DNA of 64,000 bases, taken from positions 70,515 to 134,514 of the forward strand of contig CAITQP010000011.1 in the NCBI GenBank assembly GCA_903894565.1, given 5' to 3'. A program made the position numbers and the translations under genes. The notes beneath the pieces are model-generated. The model worked only from the letters and a program-made list of their open reading frames with translations, was not told the DNA's origin and did not search any database. Origin of the DNA: an uncultured bacterium. Its GTDB lineage: Bacteria > Patescibacteriota > Minisyncoccia > Phycocordibacterales > UBA9973. Positions 27,726 to 37,755 of this stretch are shown piece by piece (position 1 is the first letter of the stretch; each line of letters starts with the position of its first letter).

Positions 27726-28478
27726 ATGGAAGAATCAGCTATCGCCTCAAGCTATACCGTCAAGACCAGCGCTTTCGAGGGCCCGCTCGAGCTCCTTCTC
27801 AACTTGGTAGAAGGAAAGAAGTTATTCATTAACGAGATTTCTCTTGCGGGAGTTACCGATGATTATCTTGCTTTTGCACGAAGTCTTCCCAAAAACGATC
27901 TCACGGAATTAACTTCATTTCTTGCTATTGCAGCGACGCTCATCCTGATTAAAAGTCGTTCCTTGCTGCCAGGATTTTTGGTTACAAAAGAAGAAGAGCA
28001 AGATATTCAGGATCTTGAATCAAGACTTGCTCTGTATTCAATGATACGTGAAGTAAGTATTTCCTTGAGCGAGCGATACGGCAAAACCGTGATTCGCTTG
28101 CCTGTCGAACGTGAATTATTCACGGCGGTTTTTGCGCCTGATCCAAAATTGTCCGTCAGTATTCTTTCAAGTTCGGCACTTGAGTGTCTTGGACGCGTTC
28201 CAAAAGAAGAAATATTACCTCAAGTTCGAGTGCGGAAAATTATTAGTATTGATGAAATGCTTTCGAGTCTTGCTGAGCGTGTGGCAACAGCATCGCGTAT
28301 TTCATTCCGTGAATGGCAGAAATCGGTTACTGGTTCTGATCGCGAAGCAATGAAGAGTAATGTTATTGTTTCGTTCCTTGCAATGCTTGAGCTTGTACGT
28401 CAGGGGATGATGGACGCATTACAATCGGCAGATTTTGATGATATCGAATTAAGTAAAGTAACTAATCAAGAAGTATAA
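27726..28478 (+). CDS. scpA: Segregation and condensation protein A
   Basis: FEGPLELLL, IKSRSLLP and VSFLAMLEL. Confidence 0.93.
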   Translation: MEESAIASSYTVKTSAFEGPLELLLNLVEGKKLFINEISLAGVTDDYLAFARSLPKNDLTELTSFLAIAATLILIKSRSLLPGFLVTKEEEQDIQDLESRLALYSMIREVSISLSERYGKTVIRLPVERELFTAVFAPDPKLSVSILSSSALECLGRVPKEEILPQVRVRKIISIDEMLSSLAERVATASRISFREWQKSVTGSDREAMKSNVIVSFLAMLELVRQGMMDALQSADFDDIELSKVTNQEV

Positions 28479-28480
28479 AT

Positions 28481-29050
28481 ATGAAAAATTCTAGCCTTGT
28501 TGAAGCACTCCTATTTTCTCGCGCTGAACCGTGGACACTTGTCGAGCTTGCAAAAGCACTGAATCTTGGAGGACAGGAAACTGCAGACGCTATTGCCGAA
28601 CTCGAAACTTCCATGGAAGGGAGAGGTATCGTCGTGATGCGCGCAGGCGACACAATCACGCTTGGTACACACAAAGAAGCAAGCGACGTCCTTGAAAAAA
28701 TTTACAAGGACGAATTGAGCAAAGGCCTCTCAAAAGCATCAATCGAGACACTTTCGATAATCATGTACGGTGATGAAGTTACTCGAGGCAAGATTGATTA
28801 TATTCGTGGAGTAAATTCAGGCTTTATTCTTCGATCACTTTTGGTTCGCGGGCTCATTGAGCGCAAAGTGTATCCGCGGGACCGAAAACGTTTTATGTAC
28901 ACACCGACGGTAGCATTACTCGCTACGCTGGGGGCACAAAATGTAAAAGATTTGCCGGAGTACGAACGAATAAATAGCGAACTCAGAAACGCCTCAGTCG
29001 GAGCAGAAATTGAACCAAATGATGAAACAAGAGAACAAGCACCTAACTAA
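28481..29050 (+). CDS. scpB: Segregation and condensation protein B
   Basis: EALLF, LSKASIETLSII.Y and IDYIRGVNS. Confidence 0.93.
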   Translation: MKNSSLVEALLFSRAEPWTLVELAKALNLGGQETADAIAELETSMEGRGIVVMRAGDTITLGTHKEASDVLEKIYKDELSKGLSKASIETLSIIMYGDEVTRGKIDYIRGVNSGFILRSLLVRGLIERKVYPRDRKRFMYTPTVALLATLGAQNVKDLPEYERINSELRNASVGAEIEPNDETREQAPN

Positions 29051-29960
29051 CTTTTTGATAGTTCTTATTTTTCTTGGATTCGTTGCTGTTCTCAACTGGA
29101 GCGGTCACAAGAAAATAGAACAAGAAACAGCGTGTCGCGAAATGAAAACGATTCTTTCGCAAAATCTCCTGAATTCTATTTCAGGCAGATTACTCGCGCA
29201 TGCGATAAGCGTTTCCAACCTCACACGAGAGGAACCACTGTATACTGAAAATGACACGTTACCACTTCCGCTCGCATCACTTACAAAACTCATGACGGTA
29301 CGAGTGGCACTTAAATCAGTATCACTGAATGACAGCTATCAAGTGAAGCCCGCGGACATTGTTTTTGATAAAGGTTCAGGTTTTGTCGCTGGCGACAAAT
29401 ACTCAGTACGAGATATAGTAAAAGCTACACTTATCGCCTCATCAAATAATGCAGCTATGATGCTTGCGCGAAGTACCAAACTTGATCCGCTGCACTTTAT
29501 TTCTCTCATGAATTTTGAGGCACAAAATCTCCATTTATCCACTCTTCACTACGACAGTGTGAGTGGTCTTGATACTGATACAAACCAACCGACAGCTACT
29601 GGAAGCGCTCGAGATGTACTTGCGCTTCTTTATAAGGATGCATTGGATAATCCGGAAGTATTTTCATTTGGCACAATCCCAAATACAACAATCCGTTCGG
29701 AGAATGGGCGCTCGATTTCACTTGCAAATACGGATCAAGCACTCGACAAATTGCCACTTTTGAAGGCTTCAAAAACAGGCTATACTGATACGGCTGGTGG
29801 AAACTTGGCTATCCTATGGCAAAACCAAGCCGGAGATACGCTCGGTGCTGTTGTTCTCGGATCGACGGTTGCTGGCAGATTTTCTGACATGATTACTTTG
29901 TATAACGCAGTCAACATTTACTCTACGGCCGAAAACGGATTACAAAAAACTTGCAAATGA
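29019..29960 (+). CDS. D-Ala-D-Ala carboxypeptidase (peptidase S11)
   Basis: SxxK (ASLTK), SxN (SSN) and KTG motifs; N-terminal TM. Confidence 0.88.
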   Translation: MMKQENKHLTNFLIVLIFLGFVAVLNWSGHKKIEQETACREMKTILSQNLLNSISGRLLAHAISVSNLTREEPLYTENDTLPLPLASLTKLMTVRVALKSVSLNDSYQVKPADIVFDKGSGFVAGDKYSVRDIVKATLIASSNNAAMMLARSTKLDPLHFISLMNFEAQNLHLSTLHYDSVSGLDTDTNQPTATGSARDVLALLYKDALDNPEVFSFGTIPNTTIRSENGRSISLANTDQALDKLPLLKASKTGYTDTAGGNLAILWQNQAGDTLGAVVLGSTVAGRFSDMITLYNAVNIYSTAENGLQKTCK

Positions 29961-31261
29961 AATCACTAAAACAACATGTCCCAGATTGGTTAAAGCGCGC
30001 ATACCATCGAGCGCGCGGTTTTATTGCTGCGTTTCAGTATGGATTTCCAGCAGAAAAAATGATTATCGTTGGGATCACTGGCACAAAAGGGAAGACATCA
30101 ACTGCAAACTATACGTGGAGCGTACTTTCTGCCGGGGGGTATAAAGCAGGACTTATTTCAAGCGCCAATTTTCGTATTGATACAGTTGAGGAACCAAATC
30201 CGTATCATATGACAATGCCCGATCCATTTCTCATTCAACGGAAAATGAGAGAAATGCTTGATGCAAACATTTCCGTAGTTTGTATGGAAATGACGTCAGA
30301 AGGAATGAAGCAGTATCGTCACTCAGGTATTCCTGTTGATATCGCCGTATTTACCAATCTTACACCTGAGCATCTCTCGTCTCATGGAAATAGCTTTGAG
30401 GAATATAAACTCGCAAAAGTACCGCTGTTTCGTGATGCACTCAATCATCCTCACAAAATAATCGGAGGAAAAGTGATCCCGCGTGTCATAATTGCAAACG
30501 CTGATAGTGAGCATTCTGAGTTGTATCTTTCTTTTCCTGCTGACCAAAAAATTACCTACGGTATTTCGTCCGGTGAAATTCGAGCAACAGCAATCATAGA
30601 AGAAAAAACTGGAACTCGCTTCGTTGTATCAGGTGAAAAGATGCATCTTGCAATTCCGGGATTGTTCAACGTGTACAACGCACTTCCTGCCTGTGTCGTG
30701 GGTACCGTGCTTGGTGTTTCAGTCAAAGACATCAAACTCGGACTAGATCAACTCGCCGTAATTCCAGGAAGAATGGAACTTGTTGATGGTGGTCAACCTT
30801 TCACGGTGATCATTGACTACGCACATGAACCGGCTGGCATGGAGGCTCTCCTTACTTCAACGCGAAAATTATGTGGGCCAAATGGTAAGGTCATCCTACT
30901 AACTGGAGTAATTGGAGGCGGACGTGAGTCGCGCAAGCCATTGATTCGCGTGGCAACACAAAAAGCTGATGTACTCGTAATTACAAACGAAGATCCATAC
31001 GATGATGATCCAGAAAAAATGATTTCCGAACTTGTAGCTACAGCACTCAATGAAGGCATGCTCTTGGAACAAAATCTTTTTGAAACAATCGATCGTAAGG
31101 AGGCGATCATGATTGCGCTCAGACACGCACAAGCAGGAGATGTCGTAATCATATCTGGAAAAGGTGCCGAGCAAACAATGATGACAGCAACGGGTGCAGT
31201 ACCATGGGATGAGCGTGCTATAGTGAGACAGTCGGTACAAGAATATCTCCAAACAAATTAA
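29957..31261 (+). CDS. murE: MurE-family UDP-MurNAc-tripeptide synthetase
   Basis: GITGTKGKTST, FTNLTPEHL, PGRME and IDYAH. Confidence 0.85.
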   Translation: MKSLKQHVPDWLKRAYHRARGFIAAFQYGFPAEKMIIVGITGTKGKTSTANYTWSVLSAGGYKAGLISSANFRIDTVEEPNPYHMTMPDPFLIQRKMREMLDANISVVCMEMTSEGMKQYRHSGIPVDIAVFTNLTPEHLSSHGNSFEEYKLAKVPLFRDALNHPHKIIGGKVIPRVIIANADSEHSELYLSFPADQKITYGISSGEIRATAIIEEKTGTRFVVSGEKMHLAIPGLFNVYNALPACVVGTVLGVSVKDIKLGLDQLAVIPGRMELVDGGQPFTVIIDYAHEPAGMEALLTSTRKLCGPNGKVILLTGVIGGGRESRKPLIRVATQKADVLVITNEDPYDDDPEKMISELVATALNEGMLLEQNLFETIDRKEAIMIALRHAQAGDVVIISGKGAEQTMMTATGAVPWDERAIVRQSVQEYLQTN

Positions 31262-31266
31262 TTTTT

Positions 31267-32358
31267 ATGCAAACGACAGCAACAATCATCCAGTCACACG
31301 CAACAGTAAATGATGCGGTAAAAATATTTGTCCCGACAGTCATCGCGTTCATTATCGGTATGGGAATTACACCTCTGGTCACTCATTTCTTGTATGAATG
31401 GAAGCTTTGGAAAAAAACAAGCGTACTGAAAACGATTGACGGGAAAGAGGCAACGATTTCTGGAAAATTGCACGATGACGAGAATAGAAAAACACCTCGC
31501 ATGGGCGGAATTATTGTCTGGATGAGCGTCCTCCTGACCACGATGCTTCTTGCTGTTGTCGCAATGCTGATCCCGTCACAAAATGCAGTTAAACTTTCGT
31601 ACCTATCCCGCAATCAAACATGGCTGCCGTTGTTTACTCTGATGGCCGGAGCAATTGTTGGAATCATCGATGATGTGCTCGTTGTTGGAGGAAAAGGCAA
31701 GGCGGTCGGCGGGGGATTGTCTCTCACCATACGCCTAGTATCAGTTTTCCTCTTGTCACTTATTGGCGCACTCTGGTTTTATTTTAAACTTGGTGTTTCA
31801 GGTATAGACATTCCATTCGGCGGATTTTTGCATCTTGGATTCCTTTTTATACCATTCTTTATTTTTACAATGCTATCGATGTACGCCGGAGGCATCATTG
31901 ATGGAGTCGACGGTCTCGCAGGGGGAGTCTTTATGGTTATGTTTTCTGCGTATGCAGTTATTGCCTATGCTCAAGGCCAAGTGGACCTTGCTTCGTTTTC
32001 AATGGTCGTTGTTGGAGGTTTGCTCGTATTTCTTTGGTTTAACATTCCACCTGCACGATTTTTTCTGTCCGAAACGGGCACAGTTGCGCTAACGACAACA
32101 CTTACTGTCGTAGCCTTTCTTACAAAACAAGTACTTTTACTACCAGTCATCGCGTTACCGCTCGTACTTACAATCATTTCAGTGCTCGTACAACTTCTCT
32201 CAAAACGATTTCGGAATGGAAAAAAAGTTTTCTTGGTCGCCCCACTTCACAATCATTTTCTTGCTCTTGGATGGCCAGCAGCAAAAGTTACGATGCGATA
32301 TTGGATATTCGCAGTCTTGTGTGCAGTGCTTGGTATCGTGCTCGCACTTGTCTCCTAA
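31267..32358 (+). CDS. mraY: Phospho-N-acetylmuramoyl-pentapeptide transferase
   Basis: TPRMGG, GIIDD, DGVDGLA, FNIPPARFF and APLHNHF. Confidence 0.92.
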   Translation: MQTTATIIQSHATVNDAVKIFVPTVIAFIIGMGITPLVTHFLYEWKLWKKTSVLKTIDGKEATISGKLHDDENRKTPRMGGIIVWMSVLLTTMLLAVVAMLIPSQNAVKLSYLSRNQTWLPLFTLMAGAIVGIIDDVLVVGGKGKAVGGGLSLTIRLVSVFLLSLIGALWFYFKLGVSGIDIPFGGFLHLGFLFIPFFIFTMLSMYAGGIIDGVDGLAGGVFMVMFSAYAVIAYAQGQVDLASFSMVVVGGLLVFLWFNIPPARFFLSETGTVALTTTLTVVAFLTKQVLLLPVIALPLVLTIISVLVQLLSKRFRNGKKVFLVAPLHNHFLALGWPAAKVTMRYWIFAVLCAVLGIVLALVS

Positions 32359-32361
32359 TTC

Positions 32362-33465
32362 ATGGCTCAAACAACAAAAACGATCGATTATATTTTTCTG
32401 ACGATTGCGCTGATACTAATCATTGCTGGAATTTTTTCATTTTTTTCTGCGTCGCTCGGTGTTCTGGCTCGAAGTGAATCCGTTTTTTACCAAATACTTA
32501 TCTCTCAAATCGTTCTCGGCTTAGTAGGAGGTATTATTGCTCTCTACGTTTGTATTCGAATTCCGTACATGTTCTGGCGTAAACATGCTGGAAAATTATT
32601 GATTGGATCAATAATTCTTACTTCGCTTGTATATGTGCCGCACCTCGGATTTGCCCACGGAGGAGCACGACGATGGATTTCGATCTTGGGCGTCTCATTT
32701 CAACCTGTTGAATTCTTAAAAATTGGATTTATCACATATATTGCTGCATGGTTGTCATGGGCGAAAAAGAAAGTAGAGAACCCTCTCTACGGAGTCCTTC
32801 CGCTTGTAATCGTTCTTGGAATTATCGCGAGTGTACTTTTATTTCAACCTGATACAAAAAGTCTCATCTTGATGAGTGCAACGGGGCTTGCGATGCTTTT
32901 TCTCTCGGGTACTCCGTGGAAACATCTTCTTGCGCTCGGGGGGATCGTGGCTGTTGTTTTTGTCGCCCTGGCATTTCATACTCCATACCTCAGGCAGCGT
33001 GTGGCTACATTTATGAACCCTGCGAGTGACCCAACAGGCTCATCCTACCAACTGCAACAATCACTCATCGCGATTGGCTCTGGCGGTGTCGGTGGAAGAG
33101 GTTTTGGGCAGAGTATTCAAAAATTCAACTATCTTCCTGAACCACAGGGCGATTCAATTTTCGCGGTCATCGGGGAAGAATTTGGTTTCGTTGGAAGTAC
33201 GATCATCATTCTCTTATATATTCTTTTTGCGATGCGCGGTCTCTGGATTGCACGACGCGCGCCGGACGCATTTAGTGGACTGCTTGCATCGGGACTTGTT
33301 ATAATCATATCGTTACAGGCGTTTATGAATGTCGCATCAATCGTTGGGCTGTTTCCGCTCACAGGCGTACCGCTTGTGTTCATGAGTCAAGGTGGAACGT
33401 CGCTCCTCTTGTCGCTTGCAACAGTTGGAATCATTCTTCAAATCTCAAAAGAACGTAAACTATAA
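32362..33465 (+). CDS. ftsW: SEDS peptidoglycan polymerase FtsW
   Basis: GARRWI, FQPVEFLK, YLPEPQGDSIF.V.GEE.G and P.TG.PL..S.GG; located in the dcw cluster. Confidence 0.9.
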   Translation: MAQTTKTIDYIFLTIALILIIAGIFSFFSASLGVLARSESVFYQILISQIVLGLVGGIIALYVCIRIPYMFWRKHAGKLLIGSIILTSLVYVPHLGFAHGGARRWISILGVSFQPVEFLKIGFITYIAAWLSWAKKKVENPLYGVLPLVIVLGIIASVLLFQPDTKSLILMSATGLAMLFLSGTPWKHLLALGGIVAVVFVALAFHTPYLRQRVATFMNPASDPTGSSYQLQQSLIAIGSGGVGGRGFGQSIQKFNYLPEPQGDSIFAVIGEEFGFVGSTIIILLYILFAMRGLWIARRAPDAFSGLLASGLVIIISLQAFMNVASIVGLFPLTGVPLVFMSQGGTSLLLSLATVGIILQISKERKL

Positions 33466-33471
33466 TTATTT

Positions 33472-34602
33472 ATGAAAATCGTATTTACAGGCGGAGGATC
33501 AGGCGGGCATTTTTATCCCATTATTGCAGTTGCTGAAGCAGTACACAAAATTGTGGATAGCGAAAAGATCCTCGACCTCGAATTGTATTATTACTCCGAC
33601 GCACCCTACAACAAAGAAGATCTTTTTGAAAATGGTATTCAATTCGAATCAATCTTTGCGGGCAAACGTCGCCTCTACTCAAGTTTCCAAAACTTTATCG
33701 ATATTTTTAAAACTGGTTTTGGTGTCGTGCAAGCAGTGGGGTCACTTTTTTTCTTGTATCCAGATGTTGTTTTTGGCAAAGGGGGATATGCCAGTTTTCC
33801 TGTTTTACTCGCAGCACGCGTCCTCGGTATCCCTGTTGTAATCCATGAATCTGATTCAGTTCCAGGACGAGTCAACAAATGGGCAGGCCGTTTTGCTCAA
33901 AAAATCGCAGTATCATATGACGAGGCGAGTCAGTATTTTCCCAAAGATCGTGTCGCTCTCACTGGTCAACCAATTCGTCAGGATTTACTCGAACGGAAGC
34001 CTGAGGGTGCGACATCGTACCTAAAGCTTGATCCAACAATGCCAACAATCTTGATACTTGGCGGTTCACTCGGAGCTGAAGCGATCAACAATATCGTCAT
34101 TGACTCATTGCCTCAACTTCTCAAAAACTACCAGGTGATTCACCAAACAGGAATCAAGAATTTTGCCGAGGTAGAAGCGCGAGCAAAATTCATGGTGAAC
34201 AATACCGAACTGTACGAAAGCAGATATCGACCGTTTGCCTTTCTTGATCCGCTTGCAATGAAAATGTCCGCCGGTGCAAGTGATCTCGTTGTCTCTCGAG
34301 CAGGTTCAACGATTTTTGAAATTGCATCATGGGGTCTTGCCTCGATATTGATTCCGATCACAGTGTCTCAAGATGATCATCAAAAAAAGAACGCATTCAA
34401 CTATGCTCGCCATGGAGCAACGACTGTTATCGAGGAGGGGAACTTATCTCCTGCAATACTCATCGGTGAAATCAATCGTTTTTTCGAGGATGATATTCGT
34501 CGCAGAAATATGGCGGCTTGCGCCAAAGCCTTCGCAACGCCACTTGCTGCACAAAAAATTGCACGATTACTCGTCGATATTGCACTCGAACACGAGGGCT
34601 AA
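33472..34602 (+). CDS. murG: Lipid II GlcNAc transferase MurG
   Basis: GGGSGGHFYP, KGGYAS, GGSLGA, SRAG and HQ..NA. Confidence 0.95.
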   Translation: MKIVFTGGGSGGHFYPIIAVAEAVHKIVDSEKILDLELYYYSDAPYNKEDLFENGIQFESIFAGKRRLYSSFQNFIDIFKTGFGVVQAVGSLFFLYPDVVFGKGGYASFPVLLAARVLGIPVVIHESDSVPGRVNKWAGRFAQKIAVSYDEASQYFPKDRVALTGQPIRQDLLERKPEGATSYLKLDPTMPTILILGGSLGAEAINNIVIDSLPQLLKNYQVIHQTGIKNFAEVEARAKFMVNNTELYESRYRPFAFLDPLAMKMSAGASDLVVSRAGSTIFEIASWGLASILIPITVSQDDHQKKNAFNYARHGATTVIEEGNLSPAILIGEINRFFEDDIRRRNMAACAKAFATPLAAQKIARLLVDIALEHEG

Positions 34603-34643
34603 TCTACGCGTAAACCCTTGTATTATATGCAGAAAAACTGCTA

Positions 34644-34671
34644 TTGACATTTTATTTATAAAATGTATAAT
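34644..34671 (+). promoter_or_regulatory. Consensus sigma70 promoter with a palindromic spacer
   Basis: TTGACA-N16-TATAAT; CATTTTAT-TT-ATAAAATG at 34648-34665. Confidence 0.65.
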
Positions 34672-34688
34672 AAATAAAAATTCGTACT

Positions 34689-34970
34689 ATGTGGATAATT
34701 GACACAATAATTACAGTATTGAAATTCGCCCTTTGGGTCATATTTCATGTGGGGCCTTTCTGGGCGCTCCATATCGCTCTATACGCATGGAACGATGCGT
34801 ACCAAGACTGGTATCACAAACTTCTCGGACGCAAGGCGTTCGATAGAAGTGGTAAGCCCCACCACGATCACCACGAAGAGGGTGGTGAGCACATCGAAAT
34901 AGGTTATGACGGCGATTCCGCAATTGATCACAGTCGTGACAGAGTCACTAGAGTTGATCATGATGCGTAA
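34689..34970 (+). CDS. Small membrane protein with a His/acidic-rich tail
   Basis: N-terminal hydrophobic segment and PHHDHHEEGGEH; has its own promoter and terminator. Confidence 0.7.
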   Translation: MWIIDTIITVLKFALWVIFHVGPFWALHIALYAWNDAYQDWYHKLLGRKAFDRSGKPHHDHHEEGGEHIEIGYDGDSAIDHSRDRVTRVDHDA

Positions 34971-34974
34971 ATTA

Positions 34975-35009
34975 AAAAGCACATTACGATTTTATCGTAA
35001 TGTGCTTTT
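34975..35009 (+). terminator. Intrinsic terminator
   Basis: AAAAGCACATTACGAT-TTT-ATCGTAATGTGCTTTT. Confidence 0.75.
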
Positions 35010-35041
35010 GTTATTTCCAATACTTTGATAGACTCCTAGGC

Positions 35042-36400
35042 ATGTCAACGAACGAACACATTATCACTCGAATAGCACCATCACCGACTGGGTTCTTTCA
35101 TATGGGAACCCTCCGAACAGCCTTGTTTTGCTACTTGTACGCACGCAAACACGACGGCAAGTACCTCCTCCGTATTGAGGACACAGACAAAATTCGTTCA
35201 AAGAAAGAATTTGAAGATGATATTCTCGAATCATTGAAATGGCTCGGCATCGAGCACGATGCATTCTTTCGTCAAAGCGAGCACCTTTCCGAACACAAAA
35301 TCTACCTCCAAAAACTCATTGACGAAGACAAGGCCTACATTTCAAGAGAAGAATCAAAAGAGAACGCCGGGGAAATGCGCGAGGTTATTCGTTTTCGCAA
35401 CAAATCAGAGACTGTCACATTCCACGATTTGATTTTGGGTGATGTCACCGTAGACACAAGTGATCTCGGTGATTTTGTGATCGCCAAAGATTTTGATACT
35501 CCGCTCTACAATTTTGCCGTTGTCGTTGACGACTGCAACGCAAACATCACACACGTAATTCGTGGACAAGATCACGTGCCGAATACACCTCGTCAAATTT
35601 TACTGTATAAAGCGTTAGACAAACCAGTTCCCGCATTCGCGCATATTCCGCTCATACTTGCTCCTGACAAACAAAAACTCTCCAAGCGCAAGCATGGCGA
35701 GAGCGTTGCTGTTTCAACGTACCGCAAAAATGGATATTTACCTGAGGCACTGATAAACTTCATGGCTCTTATTGGATGGAACCCCGGAACAGAACAAGAA
35801 ATTTTTTCACTCAAAGGTCTCGTCGAAGCATTCACGCTCGAACGTGTTCAAAAAAGTCCTGGAGTATTCAACCTCGACAAACTCAACTGGATTAACAAAG
35901 AGCACATGAAGTTACTTCCAATCGAAGAACAGGAAAAACGTGTGTTTGAATTCCTTCCTGAGTCCGTGACAAATTTGCCGCATTTCAATACAGAAAAAAT
36001 GCGCACACTTGTACCCAATATTATCGAACGTATCGAGAAATTTGGCGATGTTCGAACGATGGGTGATGGTGGGGAGCTCACATTCTTCTTTGAAACTCCT
36101 ACACTCGTACGTGATTCGCTCGTGTTTAAAGGATCAACAGCCGATGAGGGAAAGACACATCTTCTAGAAGCACAAGCAATCCTCACAAATCTCGGAGAAT
36201 CCGACTGGACAATCGAAACGATTAAATCAGCGATCATGGCATACGCAGATACACTTCCAAAACGTGGGCCCGCACTTCATCCACTTCGCTATGCATTGTC
36301 AGGACTCGAACGATCTCCTGATCCATTTACTATTGCAAATGCAATCGGCAAGACAGAGACCCTTCATCGCATTCAAAACGCGCTCACTATTCTCGCGTAA
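35042..36400 (+). CDS. gltX: Glutamate--tRNA ligase
   Basis: RIAPSPTG..HMG, LRIEDTD, THVIRGQDH and KLSKR. Start at ATG 35042. Confidence 0.96.
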   Translation: MSTNEHIITRIAPSPTGFFHMGTLRTALFCYLYARKHDGKYLLRIEDTDKIRSKKEFEDDILESLKWLGIEHDAFFRQSEHLSEHKIYLQKLIDEDKAYISREESKENAGEMREVIRFRNKSETVTFHDLILGDVTVDTSDLGDFVIAKDFDTPLYNFAVVVDDCNANITHVIRGQDHVPNTPRQILLYKALDKPVPAFAHIPLILAPDKQKLSKRKHGESVAVSTYRKNGYLPEALINFMALIGWNPGTEQEIFSLKGLVEAFTLERVQKSPGVFNLDKLNWINKEHMKLLPIEEQEKRVFEFLPESVTNLPHFNTEKMRTLVPNIIERIEKFGDVRTMGDGGELTFFFETPTLVRDSLVFKGSTADEGKTHLLEAQAILTNLGESDWTIETIKSAIMAYADTLPKRGPALHPLRYALSGLERSPDPFTIANAIGKTETLHRIQNALTILA

Positions 36401-36426
36401 GCACTCAATTCTGCTACAATAGACGT

Positions 36427-37716
36427 ATGCGATTGTCCCGAACAAGAATTATTTTCACACTCATACTGAGTATGTGTGTGCCGGTTCTTGCTTTGGCCGA
36501 CACCGCAAGCGATCTCTCTAGTAAAATTTCTGATCAAAATACTGCGATAAGCAATCTCGAAAAAGAAATCGCTGGTTATCAGCAACAACTCACGCTTCTC
36601 GGTCAGAACAAAAATACTCTCGCAAACACAATCCAAACACTGAACCTCGAATCAAAAAAATTGAACGCGGATATTCAAGTTACAGAGGGAAAAATATCAG
36701 CCGAAAATTTGACACTCAGTTCTCTTGGCTCATCAATCCAAAAAACTGGTGACAACATTACCGACCTCCGAATCGCGCTCGCAAAAAGTCTTCACGAGAT
36801 GCAGATTGACGATAAGCATACTGTTATTCAATCCTTACTCTCAGAACATAGTTTTTCAGCATTGTGGCACTACAATGAAGAGCGCTCTGCGTTTCGTGTC
36901 GGTATTCGCGAACGTACAGGCCAGCTCGCGACTACAAAGAATGCTCTCATAACACATCAAACAGAAGTACAGAAAGCAAAAAATATTCTTGTTGATCTTG
37001 AAAATCAACTCCAAGACCAAAAAACGATTAATCAAAAGACACAGTCGCAAAAAAACGCACTGCTAAAGCTGACAAAAAATCAGGAAACAAACTACCAAAA
37101 AATCGTGGCGCAAAAGCAAGCACTGAAAACGCAAATGGAAAGCGACTTACATGACTACGAATCAAAATTGAAGTATGTTTTGAATCCAAGCCTCTTACCA
37201 TCGTCAGGATCGACCCCTTTTATTTGGCCGCTCGATAAAGTAATCATCACACAGCTATTTGGCAAAACGATCGCAGCTGCGCGTCTGTATGTCACAGGAT
37301 CACACAATGGCGTTGATTTTGGTGCACCAGTTGGTACACCGGTAAAGGCGATGGCTATTGGCACAGTTATTGGCTCTGGGAATACCGATACGGCATGTCC
37401 TGGTGCGTCATATGGTAATTGGGTATTTATTCGATACGATAATGGCTTGTCGAGCGTATACGGCCATTTGTCGCTCGTAAAAGCAGGAAGTGGCTCTAGA
37501 GTGCTCCCTGGGGATATTGTTGCTTATAGCGGGTCAACTGGCTACGCTACGGGGCCACATCTGCATGTTTCAGTCTTCCCAAACGACGGAGTTGGTATCC
37601 ATAGCTTCCCAAGCAAAGCCTGTCCAGGTAGAACAATAACGATTCCAACTGCTGCAACAAATGCTTATCTTGATCCGATGCTCTACCTACCAAAAAATTA
37701 CAAAACAGCATTTTAG
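36427..37716 (+). CDS. Secreted coiled-coil M23 peptidase (EnvC/MepM-like)
   Basis: Signal peptide, long coiled coil, HNGVD, YGHLS and GPHLH. Confidence 0.9.
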   Translation: MRLSRTRIIFTLILSMCVPVLALADTASDLSSKISDQNTAISNLEKEIAGYQQQLTLLGQNKNTLANTIQTLNLESKKLNADIQVTEGKISAENLTLSSLGSSIQKTGDNITDLRIALAKSLHEMQIDDKHTVIQSLLSEHSFSALWHYNEERSAFRVGIRERTGQLATTKNALITHQTEVQKAKNILVDLENQLQDQKTINQKTQSQKNALLKLTKNQETNYQKIVAQKQALKTQMESDLHDYESKLKYVLNPSLLPSSGSTPFIWPLDKVIITQLFGKTIAAARLYVTGSHNGVDFGAPVGTPVKAMAIGTVIGSGNTDTACPGASYGNWVFIRYDNGLSSVYGHLSLVKAGSGSRVLPGDIVAYSGSTGYATGPHLHVSVFPNDGVGIHSFPSKACPGRTITIPTAATNAYLDPMLYLPKNYKTAF

Positions 37717-37755
37717 CTTTCTTTTTGGGCATTTTTAGGGTATTCTGTCAAAGCA

